From contig CAVZSQ010000015.1 of assembly GCA_963777955.1 (NCBI GenBank), positions 32,001 to 96,000 of the forward strand: a stretch of DNA of 64,000 nucleotides. Direction: 5' to 3'. Source of the stretch: Calditrichia bacterium (GTDB taxonomy: Bacteria; Calditrichota; Calditrichia; JAJRVZ01). Position numbers and translations under genes: made by a program. This document shows positions 19,915 through 31,507 of the stretch, piece by piece. The notes beneath the pieces were generated by a model. The model saw nothing but the letters and a program-made list of their open reading frames with translations. It searched no databases and was not told the DNA's origin. How positions within the stretch are numbered: the stretch's first letter is position 1; the number at the start of each line of letters is the position of its first letter.

Positions 19915-22900
19915 TTGAACTACTGCTACCTGGCGCCCGGCCGTTTTATTTGGTTCGGGTGTATTTTCCTGAGCTTGAATTTCTTTATTCCAGGCCATAG
20001 TCAGGCCCAACCGGAAACTATTCGCTTCCAGCACCTTAGCCGCGCCAATGGATTGTCCCAAAATTCTGTGAATTGTATTTTTCAGGATCATCGGGGATTC
20101 ATCTGGTTGGGCACTGATGAAGGTTTAAACAGATATGACGGATATAAATTTAAAATTTATAAATATCATCCTTCTGATTCTGGCAGTTTGAGCAACAACA
20201 AGATCATTAAAATCTTTGAAGATTCTCAAAAAAATTTGTGGATCGGAACAGCGGAGGGATTAAATCTTTATCAGCGTGACAAAGATTCATTCACGGTATA
20301 TAAAAAGAATACTGCAGACTCGACCAGTCTGATCAACAACAGGATCAGGGATATTTTTGAGGACAGCAATCACCGCTTATGGATCGGAACTCAGGGCGGA
20401 CTGGAATTGTTCGACCCGGATTCAGGGTCTTTCCGGCATTTCAGGCATGATCCGGCGGATCCCGGGACTATCAGTAATAATGTTATTTTTTCGATTGCCG
20501 AGGACCAGCAGAAACGGTTATGGATTGGAACACATCATGGTCTTAACCGTTTTGTGGAAACAGAAAATCGGTTTGTCCGTTATATCGCCGGCACACCTGA
20601 TGCTGGCAGTGCCTCCAACTTTAGCATCTATACCATTTATCCGGATAGGCTGGGAGTCGTCTGGCTTGGCACAGTCGGAGGTCTGTACCGCTATCGTCCG
20701 GAACAGGATGATTTAGTGCCGGTAGCGGTGGTCAGCAGCACAGGAAAAGTTTTTCCCCCAAGCACGATTATAACCATTGTTGATGACAGTAGTAATATCT
20801 GGCTGGGCACTACCAGCGGGCTGTACCGGTTCGACCGTCAAAATGAAAAGTTCGAACATTTTGTTCATCAGGTTGAAAATCCCCAGAGCCTCAGTGATAA
20901 TTATATTCTCAGCCTGTTTAAAGACCGGACCGGTCTGCTCTGGATTGGTACATCGCAGGGAATCGATAAATATGATTCACGGACAAGTTTCTTCTGCTAC
21001 TATCGTCAGGCTGGTAATCCCGGCAATAACCAAACGGGTTATCAGGTCACAGACCTGGTGCAGGATGCCGGGGGAGATATCTGGATCGGTACGGGTAATG
21101 GATTACAGCGGAAAAAAAATGATTCTGCTGATTTTGTTCTTTATAGCACCGTTAGCGCTAATAGCAGTTCATTAAGCAATAACAATATTTATACACTTTA
21201 TTGCGACAGGGAAGATAATCTGTGGATCGGCACGGCAAATGGTCTGAATAGATACCTGCGGCAAACAGATCGCTTTCAGCAGTACATTCTGGGTGCAAAT
21301 GATCCGGCCAGCCGCCGGCTCAATTTCATCTACAGCATTTTACAAAGCCGGAACGGCAAATTCTGGCTGGGTACTTTTGGCGGCTTGATAAAATTAGATC
21401 CGCAGGATAACTCTCATCAGGTTTATCAGCATAAAGATAACGATTTGACTTCGATCAGTAATAATGCCATCACTTCGGTCTGCGAAGACAACGACGGTTT
21501 GCTCTGGATTGGTACACAGGATGGCTTGAATCTTTTTGACAGTACCACCGCAGAATTCCGCACGTACCGGAATGATCCCGCCAGGGCGAATAGTATTTCA
21601 GCCAATTATATAACCGTCATCAGGGAAGATAGTACCGGGAAATTATGGATTGGTACATCCGGCGGCGGATTAAACTGCCTGGATAAAAAAGAGGGCGTAT
21701 TCACACGATACGACGAGAATTCCGGATTACCTAATAGTGTGATTTATAATATCCTGGTTGACGATAGTTCTTACTTCTGGGTTACCACGATCAGCGGTCT
21801 GGTCAGATTTAATCCGTATGAATTGAATCCGTCATTCAGAGTTTATGATGTCAGTGACGGACTACCGGCAGATGAATTTACTATCAATTCCGGTACCAGG
21901 TCTCGATCGGGTGAGTTATACCTGGGCACCCGCAAGGGATTTTTCTACTTCCTTCCTCAGAATATTATGCAGCGAAAAATCATACCACCTGTTGTTTTAA
22001 CGCAATTCAATCTTTTTAACCAGCCGGTCTGCGTTGGCGCTCTACCGGTCTGGGAATCGGAACAGATAAATTTAACATATAGGGATAATGTATTTTCTTT
22101 TGAATTTGCCGTACTGGATTATGCAGTACCGCATAAAAATATTCTGGCCTATAAAATGGAGGGATTTGACCAGAATTGGATGCATACTGAGAGGCATGTC
22201 AATTTTGCCACTTACACCAATCTGAATCCGGGAGTTTATACTTTTAAAGTCAAAGGATCCAACAGCGACGGATTCTGGAACGAGCAGGGCACGGCTATAA
22301 AAGTAATCATCACTCCGCCTTTCTGGTCAAGCTGGTGGTTCAGGATTATCATAGCATCATTCCTGGCCGCTGTTATTTTATTGGTGTTTAAACTTCGCAC
22401 TCATTCCATCCGCCGGCATAATAAAGAACTGCAGCAAATCAACTCCCGCTTAAACAGCGAAATAAAAGAAAGACAGCAGGCGGAAGCAGAGATTCAACAA
22501 CTGAACCAGGAATTGGAACAACGGGTACTGGATCGTACTCAGCGTTTGCAAGAGATCAACAAGGAATTGGAGACCTTCACCATCTCGGTATCACATGATC
22601 TGCGGGCCCCCCTGCGCAGTATCGAGAGTTTCTCGCAAATATTACAGGAAGATTATATTAATCAGCTGGATGATAACGGCAAGGATTATCTTTCGCGCAT
22701 ACGCAGCAGTGCCGTACGCCTGTCCGGTCTGATCAATGACCTGTTGAAATTGTCCCGGATAGCGCGCAATGAGATTCGTAAAGAGGATGTGAATCTCTCG
22801 CATATTGCCTATTCGATCTTTAATGATTATCAAACAACCTATCCTGACCGGCAGGTGGAGATCAGGATAGAGCAGGATCTGATTGCCTATTGTGATCCGC

Positions 22901-23227
22901 AAATGATCCGAGTTGTATTGCAGAATTTAATCGATAATGCCTGGAAATTTACCAGAACGAGGCAGCAGGCCTATGTCGAATTCGGCCGTATGCCGGCAGA
23001 TACCGATCATGGACATATATATTTTGTACGTGATAACGGCGTGGGTTTTGATATGAAATATTATGAAAAATTGTTTTCACCTTTCCAGCGACTGCATAAG
23101 GTCAGTGAGTATGCTGGTGCGGGTATCGGTCTGACCATTGTAAAACGGATCATCAGCCGGCATGATGGTCAAAGTATGGGGCGAAAGCCATTTAGACCGG
23201 GGCTCAACGTTTTATTTTCAGATTTAA
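19915..23227 (+). CDS. Sensor histidine kinase with two-component regulator propeller repeats and Y_Y_Y domain; +1 frameshift near 23170
   Basis: Repeated LWIGT..GL propeller motifs, ATYTNLNPGVYTFKVKGSN, PPFW..WWF TM segment, SHDLRAPL, NAWKFT, DNGVGF. The corrected tail reads HDGKVWGESHLDRGSTFYFQI*. Confidence 0.9.
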
Positions 23228-23480
23228 TTAAAAAAGTCTTTTGTTTAATTATTTAAAATCAATAAGTTTATAACAGAGACCGCCATCGGCTTTAATATTG
23301 CGAAAAAGAGCGGCTTTATTCGTATAAAAATACCCGCCTGAACGAAAGCAGAATCCGGCTATTTACTGTGCATACGCAAGGTTAAAAATAAAGATTGAAT
23401 ATTACCAGGTCGAATACCTGATTAGATGTGAAAAATGTATGGGTATGGTATAAAAAACAAACATTAACATTAGGTGTAGT

Positions 23481-23915
23481 ATGCAGGCAAAATACATACT
23501 CCTGGTTGAAGATAATCTTGATGATGAACTCCTGACGATCCGGGCTTTAAAAAAGAATAATTTACTGAATAATGTCGAAGTGGTCCGGGACGGTGCCGAG
23601 GCTCTGGAATATTTATATAAAGAGGGTAAATTTAAAAATCGCAATAAAAGTTTACCGGAAGTAATTTTGCTTGATCTTAAACTGCCTAAACTCAGTGGTC
23701 TGGAGGTCCTGAAGCAGATCCGGACGGATGAGCGGACAAAATTTTTGCCTGTAGTTATTCTTACCTCCTCCGATGAAGACCGGGATTTGATCGAAAGTTA
23801 TAAACTGGGCGCGAATAGTTATGTTCATAAGCCGGTTGATTTTAATCAGTTTACTGAAGCCGTAAATAGTCTGGGATTATATTGGTTGATCATTAATAAA
23901 TCTGCAAAAAAATAA
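23481..23915 (+). CDS. Single-domain response regulator (Rcp1/CheY-like)
   Basis: [36 protein letters not shown]. Confidence 0.93.
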   Translation: MQAKYILLVEDNLDDELLTIRALKKNNLLNNVEVVRDGAEALEYLYKEGKFKNRNKSLPEVILLDLKLPKLSGLEVLKQIRTDERTKFLPVVILTSSDEDRDLIESYKLGANSYVHKPVDFNQFTEAVNSLGLYWLIINKSAKK

Positions 23916-23921
23916 GCGCTC

Positions 23922-26189
23922 ATGCCCAAATCCATCAAAGTGTTATTGGTCGAAGATTCCGAAAATGACGCTTTGTTACTGTTGCGTGAACTTCGGCGCG
24001 GTGGGTATGATCCGGTATATCACCGTGTCGAAACTGCCGAGGAAATGAATACGGCCCTGCAGGCAGACGGATGGGAATTAATCATCTGCGACTTCACCTT
24101 GCCAAATTTCAGTGCCCCCCATGCCCTTAATCTGATCCAGAATCAAAGAATTGATCTGCCTTTTATTATCGTATCAGGAAATATCGGCGAGGAAAATGCC
24201 GTGGCGGCCATGAAGGCGGGGGCCCATGATTATATTATGAAGGATAATCTGGCCCGGCTGGTACCGGTAATCGAGCGTGAAGTGCATGAAGCTCAAATCA
24301 GAAGAGAGCGTAAGCGGGTCAATGAGGCGCTGAAAGACAGTGAAGAGCGATTCCGTTCGATGGTCGAACATTCCCATGAAGGAATCGTGATCATCAATGA
24401 AAAATTTAGATTGATTTACGTGAACAGTGTCTTCAGCAAGATGATCGGTCTGAACCCGGTTGAATTGATCCAAAAGGATTTCCGGACCTTTTTCGCCGAT
24501 GGAAGTTTTGATCTGGCCGCCCAACTCGTCGATCCGGAGGAGAAATTGAATCCACCGGCCAGATCGGCTGAATGCGATATGAAATGTGCCACTACCTCCT
24601 GCCAGCGGGTCCTGATAAATTTTTCTTTGATTAAGGATACCAAAGGGACGAAATTCATCGTGGCCCAGGTTCTGGATATAACCGAACGATACCGCTCTGA
24701 AATCGAACTGCGTAAAAGCGAGGAAAAATACCGGTTGGTGGTGGAAAATGCCAGCGAAGCGATTTTTATCGAACAGGATGGTAAAATAAAATTCTGTAAT
24801 CCCAAAACACTGGAAATTTGCGGTTATACCAAGGACGAACTGCAGCAGATGCCGTGGACCAGTCTGAAAGTTGCTCAGGATTTTCCCATCGGTACGTCTT
24901 CGAATTCTGCCTACCGGATCCTGACCAAGCAAAAAATAGAAAAATGGATTGACGTCAATCAGGTCAATATTGAATATGATAATCAATCTGCGGCGTTAAA
25001 TTTTGTTCGTGACATTACCGAGCAGAAATTACTGGAAGACCGGCTGAAAATGTCCCAAAAACTGGAAGCCATCGGAACGCTGGCCGGCGGCATTGCCCAT
25101 GATTTTAACAACATACTGTCGCCGATCCTGGGTTATACCGAACTGGTGATGGAGGGGATGCCTAAAAACAGTCATGATTATAATAATCTGGTCCAGGTTT
25201 ATCAGGCGGCTAACCGGGCCAAAGACCTGGTTCTGCAAATTCTGACTTTCAGCCGGCAAAGCGACCAGGAACCCCGACCCCTGCGAATTCAACTGATCGT
25301 GCATGAAGCACTTAAGTTGCTGCGCGCAGCCATCCCCTCCACAATCAAATTCAAAATAAATATCAATAGTAAATGTGCTCCGGTTAATGCGGATCCAACT
25401 CAAATTCATCAAATTGTAATGAATTTGTGTACCAATGCCTATCATGCCATGATGACTAAAGGGGGTGTGATCGGGATAAGCCTGGATGAAATCTATATTA
25501 ACAAGGAGGATGCTGTTGATTACAAGGGCATTAATTCAGGTCCCTTTATCTGTCTCAGTGTGAGCGATACAGGACACGGTATGGATACAACAGTGCTGCC
25601 CCGTATCTTTGAGCCATTTTTTACAACTAAAGAGAAGGGACTGGGCACCGGGATGGGACTGGCTGTCGTTCACGGCATTGTGAAAAATCATAAAGGACAT
25701 ATTGACGTTTACAGCGAGGTCGGCAAAGGTTCAACCTTCAAAGTATATCTACCCATCGAACAACAAACTATAACCTCTGCCGAACAAATCAACCTGGATG
25801 AGATTCCACGGGGTTCTGAGCGGATCCTGGTAATCGATGATGAAGGTTATATAGTGCAGATGCTGGTGCAGATGCTGGAAAGTCTCGGTTATACGGTCGA
25901 AGCTCGGACCAATAGCAACGAAGCGTTGGAACTCTTCCTGCTGGATCCTTTTTATTTTCAACTGGTAATTACCGATCAGATCATGCCGCAAATAACCGGC
26001 GATATCCTGGCCAGAAAACTTCTTTCGATCCGCAAGGATATTCCGATCATCCTCTGTACCGGTTTCAGTGAATTCATCGAAAAAGAGGCACTGCAGGATA
26101 TCGGTATCCGCGACCTGGTGATGAAACCAGTCTTGAAAAGCGAACTGGCCAGAGTTATCCGGAAAAATCTGGATACCTGCGAAGAATAA
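23922..26189 (+). CDS. Hybrid sensor kinase (REC-PAS-PAS-HisKA-HATPase-REC)
   Basis: N-terminal receiver, two PAS regions, AHDFNNIL, NLCTNA, GTGMGL, and C-terminal receiver (LVIDDE, TDQIMP, KP). Confidence 0.93.
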   Translation: MPKSIKVLLVEDSENDALLLLRELRRGGYDPVYHRVETAEEMNTALQADGWELIICDFTLPNFSAPHALNLIQNQRIDLPFIIVSGNIGEENAVAAMKAGAHDYIMKDNLARLVPVIEREVHEAQIRRERKRVNEALKDSEERFRSMVEHSHEGIVIINEKFRLIYVNSVFSKMIGLNPVELIQKDFRTFFADGSFDLAAQLVDPEEKLNPPARSAECDMKCATTSCQRVLINFSLIKDTKGTKFIVAQVLDITERYRSEIELRKSEEKYRLVVENASEAIFIEQDGKIKFCNPKTLEICGYTKDELQQMPWTSLKVAQDFPIGTSSNSAYRILTKQKIEKWIDVNQVNIEYDNQSAALNFVRDITEQKLLEDRLKMSQKLEAIGTLAGGIAHDFNNILSPILGYTELVMEGMPKNSHDYNNLVQVYQAANRAKDLVLQILTFSRQSDQEPRPLRIQLIVHEALKLLRAAIPSTIKFKININSKCAPVNADPTQIHQIVMNLCTNAYHAMMTKGGVIGISLDEIYINKEDAVDYKGINSGPFICLSVSDTGHGMDTTVLPRIFEPFFTTKEKGLGTGMGLAVVHGIVKNHKGHIDVYSEVGKGSTFKVYLPIEQQTITSAEQINLDEIPRGSERILVIDDEGYIVQMLVQMLESLGYTVEARTNSNEALELFLLDPFYFQLVITDQIMPQITGDILARKLLSIRKDIPIILCTGFSEFIEKEALQDIGIRDLVMKPVLKSELARVIRKNLDTCEE

Positions 26190-26275
26190 TTTTTGGGCAA
26201 TTTTTCCTAAACTACATTAATTTTCGTATATTATTCATAGACGGTTATCAATCATGTATATAAACTAATCCGGGA

Positions 26276-28456
26276 GTGAAGATGAGGCGAGTCATTTTCA
26301 TCCACGTGCTGCTGCTTTTTTTTATTTCAACTGCATCAACCCAGACTGCAGAAAAACAGATTGCCGTACTCGATCTCAGTGCTATCGGCATAAATCCCAT
26401 CGAAAGTGCTGCCCTGACCGACCGTCTGCGCAGCGAGCTGGTTAATACCCGTGAATTCCTGGTCATCGAACGCGAAAAAATGGTAGAAATCCTGACTGAA
26501 CAGGGTTTTCAACAGTCCGGATGTACCAGTGATGAGTGCGCAGTGGAAATCGGAAAATTGCTTAACATTCAGCAAATCTGTGCCGGCAGCGTCGCCAGAG
26601 TCGGTTCACTGTATACATTGACCTTGCGGCTGATCAGTGTGGAGAGCGGTCAAATATTAGCAACAGTTACCGAAGATTGCAGTTGTACGATCGAACAGGT
26701 TCTTACCAATTCCCTGCGGATTTTGGCCGGCAACCTGGTGGATGAGACAAAGAAGTACCCGGGTCTTTTTGTCACTAAAGGCGGGAGGGGCGATGTGTAT
26801 CTGAAATCGAGTCTCACTCCGGCCCATATATTCGTCGATGGACAGGCCCTAAATGAGCAGACGCCGACTACTGTCAAAAACCTGCCTTCCGGTGAGCATG
26901 TGCTAAAAGTGGTAAAGGACGATTATAGCGGATCCAAAATAGTGATTATCAATCCCGATGAAATACTCGATGAAACAATCACCATGAGCAAAGCCCGGGG
27001 CGGTATCAAGGTGTACTCAAATCCCGCCGAAGCAGATATTTATATCGAGGATCAATACTATGGTAAAACTCCGAAAATAATCAAAGATCTGGCTGCCGGC
27101 GAATATCTGTTAGCCCTAAAAAAAGAAGGTTATCTGCAACTAAAACGGCGTATAAAGATAACCGGAGATGACTATGCAGAAATAGATGAGCGTATTGTAA
27201 AACCGGCAGCTGTCTCGATCAGCAGCCAGCCCTCACCAGCCGTGGTTTTCATTCGCGGACAGGAGCTGGGCCGCACCCCGCTGCAATTGCAGGATCTGTA
27301 TCCCGAAAAAATCTATATCGAAGTTAAATATCCGGGTTATAAAACCGAACGCAAATATGTACAATTGACTGAAGATCTGCTGACCAGCGAGAACATGACA
27401 CTCCAAAAACTGCCTGCCCTGGATGTAACGTCTGATCCGGTCGCAGCCAATGTCTATATCGACGAATTACTGAAGGGCCAGACTCCGCTGCGGATTAATG
27501 ATTTGAACGAAGTAAGATTTAAAGTGGTAATCAAAAAGGATTATTTTAACGACTGGCAGCAGGAAATCATTTTGCAAAACGGAGAAGATTTACATATAAA
27601 CGCAAAATTGATGCATAATGAAGGTCTGCTGCTCATCAGCACCGAGGCCGCCGAAGGTTTGCCGGTTTCGCTTGATGGTGTCGTGGTTGGTAGAACCCCT
27701 TTGAGCATAAATAAACCATACGGGCGATATAACCTGGAGATCAATGATGACAGATATCAACGGATCGAAGATCAGATTATCGTGAATGGACCAAAAGTAG
27801 AAAAGAATTATAAACTGACTTTTCACCAGGGATTGCTTAAACTAGGCGGGTTGCGCCCGGATGCAAAACTCAGCATCAATGGTAAGACCATTAATGCTGA
27901 CTCTGCGGAAATTTTAATGCCGGCCGGCAGGTACAACATCCGCATGAGTAAGTCAGGATATCAAACATTCGCCGCAAAGATTGATTTGCTGCCGGATCAA
28001 ATTCAGAATGTCGATATGGCCCTTATGCCAAAGAAAAAATGGAGCGCGTGCTGGCGTTCTGCTTTACTTCCCGGTTGGGGGCAGGCTTATCAGGAAAAAA
28101 GCATCCGCACCCGGTTATATCCACTGGCAATTGCAGGCTTAGCTACAGTTTCCTTTTTTATAACTGTCGATTATAATGATAAGATATCGGAATATAATCA
28201 GACCAGGGAGATCTATACTTCAGCTTTTGATGCTAATGACATCAAACAACTGCGCCGGGAAATGGATGATAACTATGACCAGGTGGAAAAAGCGGAAAGA
28301 ACACGGAATCTTTTATATTTGGCTACCGGAGTGGTCTGGCTGTGGAATATTCTGGATACGGTAATTTTACCACCGGCCTGGCAGGCGAATTATACGATGT
28401 CGGCCGGTCAGAATGGTCCGGTACAACAAATCAGCTTATCTTTTAGTATACCCTGA
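26276..28456 (+). CDS. PEGA-repeat protein with N-terminal CsgG-like domain and C-terminal DUF5683-like hairpin
   Basis: Signal peptide; IAVLDL...VIERE...GCTSDECAVEIG; repeated S.P..A.VYID...GxTP (PEGA); RSALLPGWGQ...WLWNILD. Confidence 0.85.
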   Translation: MKMRRVIFIHVLLLFFISTASTQTAEKQIAVLDLSAIGINPIESAALTDRLRSELVNTREFLVIEREKMVEILTEQGFQQSGCTSDECAVEIGKLLNIQQICAGSVARVGSLYTLTLRLISVESGQILATVTEDCSCTIEQVLTNSLRILAGNLVDETKKYPGLFVTKGGRGDVYLKSSLTPAHIFVDGQALNEQTPTTVKNLPSGEHVLKVVKDDYSGSKIVIINPDEILDETITMSKARGGIKVYSNPAEADIYIEDQYYGKTPKIIKDLAAGEYLLALKKEGYLQLKRRIKITGDDYAEIDERIVKPAAVSISSQPSPAVVFIRGQELGRTPLQLQDLYPEKIYIEVKYPGYKTERKYVQLTEDLLTSENMTLQKLPALDVTSDPVAANVYIDELLKGQTPLRINDLNEVRFKVVIKKDYFNDWQQEIILQNGEDLHINAKLMHNEGLLLISTEAAEGLPVSLDGVVVGRTPLSINKPYGRYNLEINDDRYQRIEDQIIVNGPKVEKNYKLTFHQGLLKLGGLRPDAKLSINGKTINADSAEILMPAGRYNIRMSKSGYQTFAAKIDLLPDQIQNVDMALMPKKKWSACWRSALLPGWGQAYQEKSIRTRLYPLAIAGLATVSFFITVDYNDKISEYNQTREIYTSAFDANDIKQLRREMDDNYDQVEKAERTRNLLYLATGVVWLWNILDTVILPPAWQANYTMSAGQNGPVQQISLSFSIP

Positions 28457-28526
28457 TAATTCAGGAAGATTTTTAACCTGGCACTGGACTTACCGATTGG
28501 GGACACCGCTTTATCGCGGAGGTAAT

Positions 28527-30722
28527 ATGAGAATAAAACAAGGTCTGCTATTAACACTGATCCTGCTGCTGACTTTAACCTGTGATAAAAAACCTGTACA
28601 GCCCGAATACGATAATCCTTTTGATGATCAGAATCCGTATACCCGGGGTGATCCGTTCCGGTTAACAGCAGTCATAGCCGCTGGCGGTATTACCTTATCC
28701 TGGACGTCGCCGCAGGTCAATGGCCTGGCCGGTTTTATAATTTACCGCAGTGAATCTGATCCGGGAGGGTATAATCCTATTCAATCACTCGACAAATCCA
28801 AAGATACCTACGTCGATAAAAATATCGAGAATGGCCACCGCTATTGGTACCGGATATCTGCAATCAATGATAATAATCTGGAAACGGCTTTTACCAATAC
28901 CGCTGCCGTAACAATCGTTACCAGCCCGGCTTTTTTTATCAACGATGGAGCCGAATTTGCATTAAGCCGCACGGTCACTTTAACCATACTGGCCAGTACC
29001 GCCAGGCAGATGATTTTATCCGGCAATGGCGAATTTGCTGGCGCTGTCTGGGAAAATTATGTCAGCACTAAACCATGGATTCTGTCCGGTGGCGCCGGAG
29101 CAAAAATTGTATTTCTGAAAGTGAAATATGCTGATAACAGTGAATCAGCCGTATTGTCCGACACCATTAATCCCAAACCGATGAATCCTGGCCTGGTGAT
29201 CAATAATAATGCAGAATATGCAATCCTGCCCGAAGTAAAACTGGCCTTGTCGGTAAATGGCAGTAACGTGCAGGTAAAAGTCAGTGAAGATTCTACCTTC
29301 ACCGGGCTGGCCTGGCAGCCGTGGAGTGCATTGTTGAGTTATCAATTGACCGCCGGGGATGGCATCAAAAGAGTTTATGCAAAATTTATAAATGATTTTG
29401 AGATTGAATCAGAAAAAATAACCGCTGAAATTATTCTGGATTCGACGCCTCCGCAACTTTTTCTCATGATTTTTCCGGACTCCGGTTTTACCAACGAAAC
29501 AGAATTTCAATTTGATGGCACTACCAGCACCGATAATTGCACGGAATTTCAGAAGTTGCTGATACGTTTCGATTGGCAGAATAATGGAGTATATGATACG
29601 CCCTGGAATGAATTGCAGGTATTTTCACATATATTCGATACGGGCGGAGGAGAAAAAACAGTCAGGGTGCAACTCAGCGATGCTGCCGGCTGGCAAGTTG
29701 ATACGATCGGGACAATTTTTGTAAATTCGCGGCCGGTCGCTGATTTCACGGTCAGCCGGGACGGTAGTAATTATAAACTCTTTCATTTTGATGCTGCAAC
29801 CTGCAGTGATGAGGAAGATGGGACCAGTCTGACTTACCGCTGGGATTTTAATAATGATCAGAACTGGGAAATAGATTATGATACTGACCGGCAGGTTGAT
29901 TTCGAGTACACAGCAGACGGGGACTATGAGGTTATCATGGAGGTTAAAGACAAGGATAATGCCACTGACACGCTGAGTTTGACCGTTCATGTCTACCCCG
30001 AACCGCTGCAAATGGTGTTTGTAAACGGGGGCACTTTCACCATGGGCGATACCTGGGGTGATGGTCTTGTGGATGAAAACCCGACTCATCTGGTCACTCT
30101 TAATTCTTTTTATATTTCCAGATATGAGGTAGCGCAGGTATTGTGGCAGGAGATTATGGTTGCCACGCCATCCTATTTCTCCGGAGCCAATCATCCGGTC
30201 GAACAGGTGAACTGGTACGATGCAGTAAATTTTTGTAATCTGCTCAGCCAGCAGGCAGGACTTAATCCATGCTATTATATTGACGGTATTAATGTCACCT
30301 GTAATTTTTATGCGACCGGTTATCGCTTACCGACAGAAGCAGAATGGGAGTATGCAGCCCGGGGAGGATCGCTTACTCAGGGCTACAAATTCAGCGGCAG
30401 TAATGATTCGGGTACGGTGGCCTGGTATTTGACCAACAGTTCGGCCACTACTCATGATGTGGGCAACCGTCAGGCAAATGAACTGGATCTATATGACCTG
30501 AGCGGTAATGTCCTGGAATGGTGCTGGGACTGGTATGGCACTTATACTTCCGCCAGCCAGACAAATCCCGCCGGTCCAAGCAGCGGAACCCACCGTGTTT
30601 TTCGCGGCGGTTCCTGGCAGCATCCTGCTCAGAATTTACGTGTGGCAAACCGTTGTTACCTGGCCGGCCTGTATCCGGATAGCAGAGATTATAGAATCGG
30701 GTTTCGCGTCGTGCGCAGGTGA
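28527..30722 (+). CDS. Lipoprotein with FN3/PKD domains and C-terminal formylglycine-generating enzyme (SUMF1)-family domain
   Basis: GGAGG RBS and LTLTC lipobox; FN3 (LSW...YRS...YWYRISA); PKD (YRWDF); FTMGD, YRLPTEAEWEYAARGG, YDLSGNVLEWCWD, RGGSW, IGFRVVR. Confidence 0.88.
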   Translation: MRIKQGLLLTLILLLTLTCDKKPVQPEYDNPFDDQNPYTRGDPFRLTAVIAAGGITLSWTSPQVNGLAGFIIYRSESDPGGYNPIQSLDKSKDTYVDKNIENGHRYWYRISAINDNNLETAFTNTAAVTIVTSPAFFINDGAEFALSRTVTLTILASTARQMILSGNGEFAGAVWENYVSTKPWILSGGAGAKIVFLKVKYADNSESAVLSDTINPKPMNPGLVINNNAEYAILPEVKLALSVNGSNVQVKVSEDSTFTGLAWQPWSALLSYQLTAGDGIKRVYAKFINDFEIESEKITAEIILDSTPPQLFLMIFPDSGFTNETEFQFDGTTSTDNCTEFQKLLIRFDWQNNGVYDTPWNELQVFSHIFDTGGGEKTVRVQLSDAAGWQVDTIGTIFVNSRPVADFTVSRDGSNYKLFHFDAATCSDEEDGTSLTYRWDFNNDQNWEIDYDTDRQVDFEYTADGDYEVIMEVKDKDNATDTLSLTVHVYPEPLQMVFVNGGTFTMGDTWGDGLVDENPTHLVTLNSFYISRYEVAQVLWQEIMVATPSYFSGANHPVEQVNWYDAVNFCNLLSQQAGLNPCYYIDGINVTCNFYATGYRLPTEAEWEYAARGGSLTQGYKFSGSNDSGTVAWYLTNSSATTHDVGNRQANELDLYDLSGNVLEWCWDWYGTYTSASQTNPAGPSSGTHRVFRGGSWQHPAQNLRVANRCYLAGLYPDSRDYRIGFRVVRR

Positions 30723-30736
30723 AGGTCCCCGTTTCA

Positions 30737-31438
30737 ATGAAAATCATCGCAATCACTGATATTCATGGTCATTTGGAAGCAATCGACCGGATTGGCACGG
30801 AATTAAAATCGGTTGATCTGGTACTGCTGACGGGCGATCTCACTCATTTCGGCCGGGAAAAAGAAGTAAAACAGGTGCTAGAAAAAATAATGGAATATAA
30901 CCGTCAAATCCTGGCGGTTCCCGGTAATTGTGATCAGCCACAGGTGGAAACTTATTTGAATTTATATAATCTCAATCTGCATGGCCGGGGAAAAACTATC
31001 AATAACCTGGGTATAGTAGGCCTGGGTGGATCCCTGCCATGTCCCGGCCACACTCCCAATGAGTACAGCGAACAGCAACTTGCTGAATTTCTGCAGCAGG
31101 GCAGAGCCATGCTGAATGCTGCACACCAGCCGTTTATTTTGCTGAGTCATCAGCCTCCGAAAAACACATTAAACGACCGGATCGCTCTGAACATGCATGT
31201 CGGCAGCAAATCTGTCAGGCAATTCATAGAACAATCTCAACCGCTGATCTGCTTCACCGGACATATTCATGAAGGAACAGGCATTGATACAATCGGGGCG
31301 ACTAAAATTCTCAATCCTGGTCCTCTGCGCAAGGGTGGCTACACCTATGCCGAAATCGGGACTTCCGTCACCTCGCTGGAGATCAAAGGTTATCTGATCC
31401 GCCGTCTCGCCGGCCGGGTTGGTTTAAAATATATTTAA
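30737..31438 (+). CDS. Metallophosphoesterase (calcineurin-like)
   Basis: TDIHG, GDLT, PGNCD, SHQPP, GHIHE and NPG motifs. Confidence 0.92.
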   Translation: MKIIAITDIHGHLEAIDRIGTELKSVDLVLLTGDLTHFGREKEVKQVLEKIMEYNRQILAVPGNCDQPQVETYLNLYNLNLHGRGKTINNLGIVGLGGSLPCPGHTPNEYSEQQLAEFLQQGRAMLNAAHQPFILLSHQPPKNTLNDRIALNMHVGSKSVRQFIEQSQPLICFTGHIHEGTGIDTIGATKILNPGPLRKGGYTYAEIGTSVTSLEIKGYLIRRLAGRVGLKYI

Positions 31439-31507
31439 AATAAAATACGTTTTATTAAATTATTTCGATAATTTCCTTTGTGCTCAATTAATAGAAGGAG
31501 ATTTGAT

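Noticed and set aside
23280..23470. c-di-GMP-I riboswitch (CGAAAG, ACGCAAG and TCCGGC words present)
   Set aside because: The elements are in the wrong order and I could not build the expected paired stems.
30560..30722. FGE-fold C-terminus as a diversity-generating retroelement target
   Set aside because: I found no second near-identical template repeat and no reverse transcriptase in the window; a remote DGR acting in trans cannot be excluded.
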